The notes under the pieces: model-generated
Told to the model about the DNA's origin: nothing
The model's input: the letters and a program-made list of their open reading frames with translations, nothing else
The model's database searches: none
In this document: positions 8,638 to 16,856 of the stretch, piece after piece
Layout of the letters: the number at the start of each line of letters is the position of its first letter
Numbering within the stretch: the stretch's first letter is position 1
Origin: Promethearchaeota archaeon
GTDB taxonomy: Archaea; Asgardarchaeota; Lokiarchaeia; Sigyniarchaeales; SOKP01
Assembly: GCA_019058445.1 (NCBI GenBank)
Contig: JAHPZA010000006.1
Location: forward strand, 32,001-96,000
Reading direction: 5' to 3'
DNA length: 64,000 nucleotides
Translations under genes and position numbers: made by a program

Positions 8638-9504
8638 ATGGCAAAAATATATGCAATTCACTTAGGGTGGGTGTTAGTAGAATCTTATAATGTAGGTGAT
8701 TTAGGTGACAACGACGGTGCGCGAGGAATTTGTAATGACGGAACATTTTTTTACGTTGTTGATTATAATGGTTCAGCAGTATACAAATATCCTTCAGATT
8801 TTAGTTCATTAACGGATTCATATGATATAGGAGCATTGGGTGACAATGATAATCCTTGGGATATTTGTTGGGATGGAACTTATTTTTATGTCACTGATTT
8901 TATAGATGCAAAAGTCTATAAATATAATTCTGACTTCAGTACATTAGAAGACACTATTGATATAGGAGCATTGGGTGGTAATGACGAACCGTATGGTATT
9001 TGTTGGGATGGAACAAACTTCTTCATTACAGATTATGGGGAAGCGTACGTTTATAAATATCCTTCAGATTTTAGTTCATTAGAAGCAAGTTATGATATTG
9101 GCGCATTAGGTGGGAATGACGCACCTATGGGAATTGATTGGGATGGATCTGATTTTTATATATCTGACTATCAAGACGCTAAGGTTTATAAATACCCTTC
9201 AGACTTCTCAGAATTAACTACAAGTTTTAATTTAGCTAACTTAGGTGATAATACGCAACCAATGTGTATGTGTTGGGATGGCACATATTATTATGTAATT
9301 GAATATAAAGATACTGTTTATAAATATGCAGGGGAAATATTAGATATAACCTCCGATGTCAGCTACTGTAAAATCATCACAGAAGTCCGCCAAGTTCCTA
9401 AAGCTATTATAAAGGTACGAAATCAACCATTTGAAGCAGATGATCTCATTCGAATTGTCGGTAATTATACATCATTCAAAAACTGTATAAGGCATGGTAG
9501 TTAA
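8638..9504 (+). CDS. Five-repeat beta-propeller protein fused to a probable truncated tail-hub fragment
   Basis: Five ~45-aa repeats (IGALG.ND.P.GI.WDG..FY..DY..A.VYKY.SDFS), then LDITSDV...FEADDLIRIVG and an abrupt end. Confidence 0.7.
   Translation: MAKIYAIHLGWVLVESYNVGDLGDNDGARGICNDGTFFYVVDYNGSAVYKYPSDFSSLTDSYDIGALGDNDNPWDICWDGTYFYVTDFIDAKVYKYNSDFSTLEDTIDIGALGGNDEPYGICWDGTNFFITDYGEAYVYKYPSDFSSLEASYDIGALGGNDAPMGIDWDGSDFYISDYQDAKVYKYPSDFSELTTSFNLANLGDNTQPMCMCWDGTYYYVIEYKDTVYKYAGEILDITSDVSYCKIITEVRQVPKAIIKVRNQPFEADDLIRIVGNYTSFKNCIRHGS
8680..9330 (+). repeat. 135-bp tandem coding repeats (5 units)
   Basis: AAATATCCTTCAGATTTTAGTTCATTA recurs 270 bp apart; GATATAGGAGCATTGGGTG recurs 135 bp apart. 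Confidence 0.85.
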
Positions 9505-10183
9505 AAGAATTAGAAAAACTATTCTAAGTAAATGGGTAAATAAGCTTAACTTAAATAATATTCCAATTGAGTTTATTTATACAAACAATAATACATTTGA
9601 AAATGGTTTATGTAGTTATGATTTTAACGCAAAAAAGTATAGGATATTTATAACTCCAAATTCTGATAAAGAAACCTATATTCACGAACTAGGGCATATT
9701 TACTTCGATAAATTGACTAATGCTTTAAACTACTATCAAAAAAACCCTTTTAAGAATATTTATATTAGAAATAGCATTGAGGACGGTTTTGTTAATTATA
9801 ACCTAAGTAAATTTAATGAGTTTTATGATCTTATTAATGAAAATATAGGAAGATCAAAACCAATTAATTATTTGATCAAGAGTTTTAGTTTAAATAGACT
9901 TTTAGGTGGTTATATTTATGATTATCTTCATTGGAACTTCATATTAAAACCAAAAGATCGAAATTTACAAAAAGAAATAATCGATTATAATCTCAATATT
10001 TACCAAAAAGCTATACTCATAAGAGCAAAACAAGAAAAGATTAAATTCAATCAAAAAGACTTATTCAAATTAAGAATAATCTTAAATCAATTTCCTAAAA
10101 TTAAAGATCTTAGAGATTATAAGATCTTAAAAAAGTATGAAGATCAGGTTTTAGAAAAATTTGAAAAAATAAGAGATATTTAA
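9494..10183 (+). CDS. Putative zincin metallopeptidase (HExxH; ImmA/IrrE-like or related)
   Basis: YIHELGH followed by NSIED..VN. Confidence 0.6.
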   Translation: MVVKRIRKTILSKWVNKLNLNNIPIEFIYTNNNTFENGLCSYDFNAKKYRIFITPNSDKETYIHELGHIYFDKLTNALNYYQKNPFKNIYIRNSIEDGFVNYNLSKFNEFYDLINENIGRSKPINYLIKSFSLNRLLGGYIYDYLHWNFILKPKDRNLQKEIIDYNLNIYQKAILIRAKQEKIKFNQKDLFKLRIILNQFPKIKDLRDYKILKKYEDQVLEKFEKIRDI

Positions 10184-10231
10184 CCAAAAGACAAAAATCC
10201 AGATATCTAAAACCTTAAGATCTTCTTTAGA

Positions 10232-10624
10232 TTAATAAGAGGGTTTAAATCCCGTTATTTCATACACTAGGGATCGATGGAGAAATCCATCTTTCTCTAA
10301 ATTATTATTTCTTTTACTAAAATCATCAAAATGCGGAATAATTGATTTTCTTTTTTTGTATTGATTAAATAAGATCTTTTTTTGAGATTTCATGAATCTA
10401 TGCTCTTTTTCTTTCACATTTTTTTGATTTTTATCAGTCAAATCAAATATATCAAGTAAGAAATATAAAGAATCCATAGATAATTCATATTTTTCCGTTT
10501 TTTCGCTTTCTCTTTTACAATATAACCAAATACTAAAAACTGGCTTACGATTTTTATGAACTAACACATATTTCCATAAATATTTACAATTTCCTTTTTT
10601 TAGTTCTTTACTTATAATAAACAT
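10232..10624 (-). CDS. Hypothetical basic protein
   Basis: 130-aa ORF convergent with the peptidase. Confidence 0.5.
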   Translation of the reverse strand: MFIISKELKKGNCKYLWKYVLVHKNRKPVFSIWLYCKRESEKTEKYELSMDSLYFLLDIFDLTDKNQKNVKEKEHRFMKSQKKILFNQYKKRKSIIPHFDDFSKRNNNLEKDGFLHRSLVYEITGFKPSY

Positions 10625-10676
10625 TTTCTTTCTAATATTTTACCTGTTTTTTATCATTTTAATAAAATAAAAAAAT

Positions 10677-10698
10677 AGATGGGGATTATTCCCCATCT
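10677..10698 (-). terminator. Hairpin terminator for the upstream minus-strand genes
   Basis: AGATGGGGA-ttat-TCCCCATCT with a T-run after it on the minus strand. Confidence 0.6.
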
Positions 10699-10732
10699 TA
10701 AAACGTAGCAATAAATACGTTCAATGCGCGTT

Positions 10733-10885
10733 CTAACAATATACTAACGTTACTTTATTCTTTTTAATGAATCCTAATTTTTCTAATTTGTCAATAATTA
10801 CTTCTTCCGTTTTTTCTAAGCTTCGATATAGGTTTAAGAGACGTTCTATTTCTTCTTCTTTAGATGCTTCAATCTGCTGGCTCAT
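10733..10885 (-). CDS. Small protein (50 aa, MSQQIEASKEEEIERLL...)
   Basis: Read by hand; perfect GGAGGTGA SD; start overlaps the stop of the upstream ORF. Confidence 0.65.
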   Translation of the reverse strand: MSQQIEASKEEEIERLLNLYRSLEKTEEVIIDKLEKLGFIKKNKVTLVYC

Positions 10886-11163
10886 TTTATCACCTCCTCT
10901 ATTATTTTTTTAATTCCGTTAATTAGAATCATGATAATAACAAATATTTGAAACCCTATAAGCAAAAATAGAATTAAATCATATATTAAACTCCCGTGAA
11001 CAACTAAGCCACAGCAATTAACAAATCCCCCTTCACCTTTTTCATATGAATTTTTTATTGAGTTACTTACTAAATGTAATGTTAAAGCGAATACTATTAC
11101 AAATATAGCTAAAATGGTATTTACAATTAATAAAAATAATAGATTTTTTACTTTTTTTTCCAT
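10882..11163 (-). CDS. Two-TM small membrane protein
   Basis: Two hydrophobic segments; GGAG SD before ATG 11163; TTTATAAA box near 11200. Confidence 0.6.
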   Translation of the reverse strand: MEKKVKNLLFLLIVNTILAIFVIVFALTLHLVSNSIKNSYEKGEGGFVNCCGLVVHGSLIYDLILFLLIGFQIFVIIMILINGIKKIIEEVIK

Positions 11164-11260
11164 TTTTATCTCCAATACACGTCATCGTCGCAAGGTTTAT
11201 AAATCTTCTGACTACAAAACGGTACAAAAGTTTATAAGATTTAACAATAATATACAATTA

Positions 11261-11321
11261 GATCGGAAGAGTTCTTCTCATCTCCGAGAATTAAACTAAT
11301 TTTAGTTTAGCTCTTCCGATC
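11261..11321 (+). ncRNA. Candidate small three-way-junction RNA (or adapter-like artefact)
   Basis: 11-bp stem GATCGGAAGAG/CTCTTCCGATC enclosing two hairpins; BRE/TATA-like CAAAAG-TTTATAA about 25 nt upstream. Confidence 0.4.
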
Positions 11322-11462
11322 GCTATTAATACCTTTTCGATCCCAGATTAAAACTGAAAGAGATGTTTCACGATCTTACCGACAAAGCTTTTCAAAGTTT
11401 AAAATTTAAAGAGAATTTTTAGTTAACTTTTAAAAATTAAGAGTATAATAGAAGCTTTTTCT

Positions 11463-11669
11463 TTAAGTCAGGACTTCTAATATTTTTGTAAGAATTCGGG
11501 CCTTTCCACCTGTAGATTGGAGTAGAGTCTTTCCACAAACTAAACAGGTTACATCTGTTGCGCTACACCCGAATATTATTTGCTGATTTCCACAATTTAA
11601 GCATTTCACACGTAAGAATCGAGATTTTGGTTGGGGAATTAATTCTTTACCTTTTATATTTTTTGCCAT
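11463..11669 (-). CDS. rps27e: 30S ribosomal protein S27e
   Basis: [14 protein letters not shown]...C..CG..L...TGGKA. Confidence 0.97.
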   Translation of the reverse strand: MAKNIKGKELIPQPKSRFLRVKCLNCGNQQIIFGCSATDVTCLVCGKTLLQSTGGKARILTKILEVLT

Positions 11670-11685
11670 ATTAATCACTCAATTA

Positions 11686-11967
11686 TTATTTTTCTTGTAG
11701 TTCAAGTTTTTTTACTCGATATGATTTACTATATTGTTTTTTACCACATTCCGAGCATTCAAGTAAAGGCGTTGTTCTTTTATTAATTTTCGCGTTTTTA
11801 TGAAAAATTTCTTTAGGAAAAGAGCCATATCCTTTCTTCTTTCTTTCCACTCTCCTCCTTCCATGATTCATCATTCGTTCTTTTCCCTTTTTATAAACAG
11901 AAACATTATGTACTGTGTGGCTTCTGCATGTTGGACAATATCTATTCATCGTTCGTGGAAACTTCAA
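11686..11967 (-). CDS. rpl44e: 50S ribosomal protein L44e (eL42)
   Basis: YCPTC..HT.H.V..YKKGK...LEC.ECGK; adjacent to rps27e. Confidence 0.95.
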   Translation of the reverse strand: MKFPRTMNRYCPTCRSHTVHNVSVYKKGKERMMNHGRRRVERKKKGYGSFPKEIFHKNAKINKRTTPLLECSECGKKQYSKSYRVKKLELQEK

Positions 11968-12155
11968 TTTTCACAGACCTTTCCTTTTATAATTAACATA
12001 AGTAGTTAATTATAAATTTTAAATTTTATGAGTTCTGTTTTCTGAAAGCTAAAAATTAATCTTCAAGATGAAAAATTAGTATGATATGGTTTAATAAAAA
12101 ATAATTTAAACAATTTCTACATAATTTTAATAAATACATAACTAAAGGATGTTTA

Positions 12156-13076
12156 ATGTTTAAGGAGAAATTTAAAGACGGAATTATAAGTGCCAAGCAA
12201 TTCACCAGAGAGGATATTTCGTATATTTTAAAGAAAGGCAAAGAAATGATAAAGAATACAAATTCTAACTTGCTCAGAGGAAAGATTTTAGCGACTTTAT
12301 TTTTTGAACCATCAACCCGTACACGTCTTAGTTTTGAATCTGCGATGTATAGATTAGGAGGAAGTGTTATTGGTTTCCAATCTGGTGATGTATCTTCAAT
12401 TAAAAAAGGGGAGAGTATTGCAGACACTATACGAACTGTAGAAAATTATTGTGATTGTATAGTGATGAGGCATCCGTTAGAAGGTTCTGCCAAATTAGCA
12501 GCAAACTTTGCAAAAATCCCAATAATTAACGCCGGTTCTGGCAGTGGTGAACATCCGACCCAAGGATTGCTTGATTTACTCACTATTTCTGAGGAGTGTG
12601 GAACTTTAGATGGATTGAATATTGGTATTATGGGAGACTTGAAATATGGTAGAACAGTACATTCACTTTCAATTTTATTGTCAAATTATGAAGTCAATCT
12701 CTATTTTATCAGCCCCCCGGAATTGTCAATGAGAAATCGATATAAAGAATTCTTAATTAATGAAAGAGAGGCAAAATTTAAAGAAATAACGCAATATAGA
12801 AAAATTCTGGATGTGTTAGATGTCCTTTATATAACCAGAATTCAAAAAGAAAGGTTTGTCGATCAAGAAGAATATGAACGAGTTAAAGGGATTTATGTTT
12901 TCAATAAAGATGATCTCAAGGAAACAAAAAGCACTTTCAAATTGATGCATCCTTTACCTCGAATTACTGAAATTTCTCCTGATGTCGATGATTCAGAAAA
13001 GGCAATTTACTTTCGGCAGACGAATTATGGGCTTCAACTAAGAAAGGCACTTTTAGCTGAATTACTAAAAGATTAA
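12156..13076 (+). CDS. pyrB: Aspartate carbamoyltransferase catalytic subunit
   Basis: FFEPSTRTRLSFE, HPTQ, GDLKYGRTVHSL, MHPLPR. Confidence 0.97.
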   Translation: MFKEKFKDGIISAKQFTREDISYILKKGKEMIKNTNSNLLRGKILATLFFEPSTRTRLSFESAMYRLGGSVIGFQSGDVSSIKKGESIADTIRTVENYCDCIVMRHPLEGSAKLAANFAKIPIINAGSGSGEHPTQGLLDLLTISEECGTLDGLNIGIMGDLKYGRTVHSLSILLSNYEVNLYFISPPELSMRNRYKEFLINEREAKFKEITQYRKILDVLDVLYITRIQKERFVDQEEYERVKGIYVFNKDDLKETKSTFKLMHPLPRITEISPDVDDSEKAIYFRQTNYGLQLRKALLAELLKD

Positions 13077-15064
13077 TGATTTATCATAAAAGCGTGTAAT
13101 TTGGATTTAAATAGGAAATTCATTATTTCTTTAGTTAAAACCTGATTTGAATCCATCTTACAAGCAAATAGAGATCCACCATCAAGTATTCTTTCGAACT
13201 TTTTGAATAATGAGATTTTATTTTGAAATGATAAGTTCGAGTTGGTTTGAATTATTTGGAAGGGGTTTTGATTCTTAAAACCATATGGAATTTGAAAAGT
13301 TTTAGCACCGTTTAAGATTTTAATATTACAAGGTTGACTTAAATTATAATTAGCGTTTTCAATATCATTTTTTTCTCTAATTAAATCTCTAAGAAAAGAT
13401 AAAACACTCAATGCAAAATTTTGACTTTTTTCAATTTTATCGAGATCTAAACCACAGTGGTGTTTAACCGCTTCATTTAATCCAAAGAAACTAATTGATT
13501 TTAAGGAATCCTCAACCCAGTCATCTAATTTTATTCCTAACACTTCAGTTATAATGAATTTCCAATCCTTCATTTGATTTAATTTTTTCACTACTAAAGT
13601 TTTCTTATAATCGAAAAATTCAAAGACTAAGTTTAATTTTTCCTGTAATAGCCTATAAAACATATCATCATTTTGATTCGCTTTTTGAGCAATAATATTT
13701 AAATTTATTAATATTTTGTCTAATATTATTCTGTTTTCATTATAATCTTGATTTTTAACACGTACAATTGCTGAATTTAATAAATTAGAAGATTTTTGAT
13801 TGTAAAATATAATATTCTTTAAACTGGTCAATGAAATAAATTCATTATAAACGTTATCATTAGATATTGAACGATCATATTTGAAATAATCGAACAAAAT
13901 TAAAGGAGGTATAAACTTTCTTTTGGGATAGTTTTCTGGATTTAAATTTTTAAAAAATACGCTATCGTCTTGAAATAGAGATGAGAAGTCCCTGCTTAGC
14001 TCATCACCATTACTATAATTAAAGTCTAATGTTATATGTGGATTATTGTCTCTAAAAGATTCACTATACCCAGACATTCGCGAAATTATTAAACTATAAA
14101 GTTCTGATTGATCTTCATTTTTAAGAATGTTAAAATAAGGTAGAAATTTTATATTAAATTCACTTAATAAGATATCTTCAGAAAAATAAGGTTGAAACAT
14201 TTTCAAGAAATCTGTAAATTTTAGGATTAATGAAATCAAATCCATCATATTTTTGTATTCTTTTGATAAGTTGGATTTATTTTGATAAAGCATCTCCAAA
14301 ATGCTGTCGGTGGTTAAATGGATGCTTAATGGCCTTAGAGCCCATTGGTTTAAATGAAGAAGTATAACCTCCCCAGATAAATACATATCAGCAAAAGGTT
14401 TTGGTAATAAATTTAAAAGTAAATATTGTTCTGAAACATCTGAACCTAAAAGACGGATAAAATCTATAGGAGTGATGTCCTTTGCATTAAAATATTTCGA
14501 GACTTCATAAGGAGGCGTCCCTAATCGAGTCAATTTATGTCTTACTTCTTCAAGATCATTTTCTAAGAGAATAACATTAATATATTCACGCATTAATGGA
14601 GCAGTTAAATAATCGATATTAGTATTTTTGAGACGTTGTTTAACTTGACTGGCAATATCTTCTGCTAAATGTTTTTCTAATTCACCTTCTTTAATTAAAT
14701 ATTCTTCGATTTTATTGATATTAAATCTCTCTTTAGAATATTTGGAAGTTCTGATCATAATAGGATTTTTACTATCGTTAAGAAGTTGTTCCATATTTAA
14801 AATGAACTTTACTATTTGTTTACCAAAAACTGTGATTGAATATCCATCCTCTTTAGAGGATATCAGAGATAAATTTTTTAAGGGTCTTAAGTGGAATGAA
14901 AAATTTTTAGAATTGGATATTTTACCTAAAACCTCTTTTTGAAGCGTTGAAAATGACACAGGATTGTCATGTTGATTCAATTTATTTAAAATTTCTCGTC
15001 TAATAGGTTGCTGGAGAACTTTCAAATATTTTCCTAAATCTGTTATATTTTTGTCGGAACTCAT
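13073..15064 (-). CDS. ArsR-type wHTH + ATP-cone + degenerate class III ribonucleotide reductase (NrdD)-like domain
   Basis: N-terminal wHTH; IRTS...F...KI...L..E and LTAPLMRE cone motif; NrdD-like TRLG.P.Y, INL..IA and GLNEAV; no C-terminal CxxC or glycyl-radical motif. Confidence 0.8.
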   Translation of the reverse strand: MSSDKNITDLGKYLKVLQQPIRREILNKLNQHDNPVSFSTLQKEVLGKISNSKNFSFHLRPLKNLSLISSKEDGYSITVFGKQIVKFILNMEQLLNDSKNPIMIRTSKYSKERFNINKIEEYLIKEGELEKHLAEDIASQVKQRLKNTNIDYLTAPLMREYINVILLENDLEEVRHKLTRLGTPPYEVSKYFNAKDITPIDFIRLLGSDVSEQYLLLNLLPKPFADMYLSGEVILLHLNQWALRPLSIHLTTDSILEMLYQNKSNLSKEYKNMMDLISLILKFTDFLKMFQPYFSEDILLSEFNIKFLPYFNILKNEDQSELYSLIISRMSGYSESFRDNNPHITLDFNYSNGDELSRDFSSLFQDDSVFFKNLNPENYPKRKFIPPLILFDYFKYDRSISNDNVYNEFISLTSLKNIIFYNQKSSNLLNSAIVRVKNQDYNENRIILDKILINLNIIAQKANQNDDMFYRLLQEKLNLVFEFFDYKKTLVVKKLNQMKDWKFIITEVLGIKLDDWVEDSLKSISFFGLNEAVKHHCGLDLDKIEKSQNFALSVLSFLRDLIREKNDIENANYNLSQPCNIKILNGAKTFQIPYGFKNQNPFQIIQTNSNLSFQNKISLFKKFERILDGGSLFACKMDSNQVLTKEIMNFLFKSKLHAFMINH

Positions 15065-15070
15065 TAATGT

Positions 15071-15174
15071 ATCAAAAACTTCTTTTGATTCTCTTAAATC
15101 TAATTATAAAATAATAGGTTCATCAGAAATATAAAAATTTAGGAAGTTTTGAGTTGCTTGCCATTTTCTGATGA
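15071..15174. promoter_or_regulatory. Inverted repeats upstream of the HTH-NrdD-like gene
   Basis: ATCAAAA-N5-TTTTGAT (15071-15089) and TCATCAGAAA-N35-TTTCTGATGA (15120-15174). Confidence 0.35.
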
Positions 15175-15229
15175 TACACTGGTGATATTGAACAGAATAT
15201 TTCAAATAAAAATTCAAAAACTAGAGAGT

Positions 15230-15844
15230 CTATCTCGCAGAAACGGCTATTCTTTCAATTTCATCTTTCCTTTTTACGGCTCTTGATTCTTGTGAATTTT
15301 TTGATGCTAATGCAAGCTCTTGTGCGAGATTTTCTTCAAAATTATGCAAATTTCCATGAGATCTTGCACCTACAGCCTGAACGAGGTATTTAAGAGCTAA
15401 GTCTACTCTCCTTTGAGGAGCAATATCAACAGCCGAAGCATAAGAAATACCACCCATCGCAATTCGAGTTGTTTCTTCTCTGGGAGCGGTATTGCATATT
15501 GCGTCTACTAAAACTTGAATAGGATTTTCTCTGGTAATATGTTCTATTAATGTAAATGCTGTCTTTATACATTTAATTAATTTATTTTTCTTTCCGGAGT
15601 TGTATGAACTCTTATGTCCTCTTATTTTACTTCCAATAAATCCAGGAGCTAATAATCTATTTAATAACCTTTCTACAATTGAAATGTTTGACTTCCAAAA
15701 CCTCTTATGTTCATGCCGTCCGCAAGATGATGGCACGATAATCGGTCTCAGATTAATATAATTTTCTAAGGTAAAATCTCTTACTTCTATATCTTCAAAA
15801 GACCATTTATTAAATAGCTTGACAGCTAAATTACTCTTACTCAT
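15230..15844 (-). CDS. rps7: 30S ribosomal protein S7 (uS7)
   Basis: KLFNKWS, NPIQVLVDAI.N.APREET, VDIAPQRRVDLAL. Confidence 0.98.
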   Translation of the reverse strand: MSKSNLAVKLFNKWSFEDIEVRDFTLENYINLRPIIVPSSCGRHEHKRFWKSNISIVERLLNRLLAPGFIGSKIRGHKSSYNSGKKNKLIKCIKTAFTLIEHITRENPIQVLVDAICNTAPREETTRIAMGGISYASAVDIAPQRRVDLALKYLVQAVGARSHGNLHNFEENLAQELALASKNSQESRAVKRKDEIERIAVSAR

Positions 15845-15849
15845 CTTGA

Positions 15850-16284
15850 TTACCTCATTGGCTTTTCTTTCTTTCCGGTCAATAATGCTTGTAAGCTAAC
15901 ACCATTCACACTAACCACTTTCCAGCGAACCCCCGGTAAATCCCCGACAGCTCTGCCTTTTGCCCCTCCAATGCCCTCAACAATTACACGGTCATGTTCT
16001 TCTATGAAATTAAGGGCACCATCACCAGGCAAGAAAGCAGTCACACCTTTCCCGTTTTTCTTGAGCTGAACCCTTACACATTTTCGAATTGCAGAGTTTG
16101 GTTGTTTACTTTCTCGTCCCACTTTTTGCAAGACAATTCCCAATGCTTGCGGGGCACCTTCAAGTGGATCTGCCTTCTGTTTTAATTTTAATCTCTTCCT
16201 TTTATATTTAGTTTTACTCCATCTGAATCTCTTGCGATTCTTTTTCAGTTGTCTGGCAGCGTATAATCCTTTTGGCTTTCCTAT
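15850..16284 (-). CDS. rps12: 30S ribosomal protein S12 (uS12), apparent ATA start
   Basis: [18 protein letters not shown]; the frame extends upstream to (I)[12 protein letters not shown] with no in-frame ATG/GTG/TTG. Confidence 0.95.
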   Translation of the reverse strand: MGKPKGLYAARQLKKNRKRFRWSKTKYKRKRLKLKQKADPLEGAPQALGIVLQKVGRESKQPNSAIRKCVRVQLKKNGKGVTAFLPGDGALNFIEEHDRVIVEGIGGAKGRAVGDLPGVRWKVVSVNGVSLQALLTGKKEKPMR

Positions 16285-16361
16285 GTTAACACACCAAATA
16301 TCTAATTTTAAATAATAATTAATGAATTAATATTTCTTTAAACTTAAAATTTGTGATTTAA

Positions 16362-16835
16362 TTAGTTCTTAGTATTAATTATGACATTATCTACATCAAA
16401 ATGACGAAGAACTAATAATTTAATTTTTCGAATCATGCTCCCATCTTTTCCAATAGCTTTACCACGATCTTGGGGTCTTACGGAGATAATAACAGTTTTC
16501 TTTTGATTTCTACTCTCCCTTATTTCAATGTTTTGAACTTTTATTGAATTTTTAGTAGTATTTAGAATCGATTGTATGAATTCATTAAGATTTTCTGAGA
16601 ATGGTATGACATCTATCTTCTTTTGAAGTTTTGCCATTAAATCTTTTACATGTTCTCCAGCTTTACCTATTGCTTTTCCAACATCTTCCTTTTTAACTAA
16701 GAAAATTATGATCTCCGAGTGATTTTCTGGAGATTTAAAGATCATACAATCTTTGATAATCGCCCCAGAAATGTTATTAAATAGTGAGATAAGTTCCATT
16801 GAACCCCTATCAATTTTAATATTCTTTTTTAGCAT
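16362..16835 (-). CDS. nusA: Archaeal NusA (two KH domains)
   Basis: Two GKAIGK.G motifs; operon position. Confidence 0.93.
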   Translation of the reverse strand: MLKKNIKIDRGSMELISLFNNISGAIIKDCMIFKSPENHSEIIIFLVKKEDVGKAIGKAGEHVKDLMAKLQKKIDVIPFSENLNEFIQSILNTTKNSIKVQNIEIRESRNQKKTVIISVRPQDRGKAIGKDGSMIRKIKLLVLRHFDVDNVIINTKN

Positions 16836-16856
16836 AGCTTAATTTCCAGATTAACG

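Larger units (their letters stand above)
1..11385 (+). mobile_element. Integrated head-tail-type (HK97-fold) provirus or virus-derived element, right part; left end outside the window, right boundary approximate
   Basis: Co-oriented terminase-portal-protease-decoration-MCP-neck gene order; visibly CpG-richer (ACG/CGT/GCG) than the host DNA, which resumes at rps27e. No integrase or att repeat seen in the window. Confidence 0.85.

Noticed and set aside
8638-9504. Diversity-generating retroelement target
   Set aside because: The repeats are in-frame tandem blades, the differences are not adenine-specific, and no reverse transcriptase is in the window.
13073-15064. Active anaerobic ribonucleotide reductase (nrdD)
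   Set aside because: Glycyl-radical and Zn-binding motifs are missing, so no gene symbol was assigned.
15164-15200. Hammerhead ribozyme, SECIS or C/D box around CTGATGA
   Set aside because: GAAC rather than GAAA, no convincing flanking stems, helix too short for a SECIS, and antisense to the neighbouring genes.
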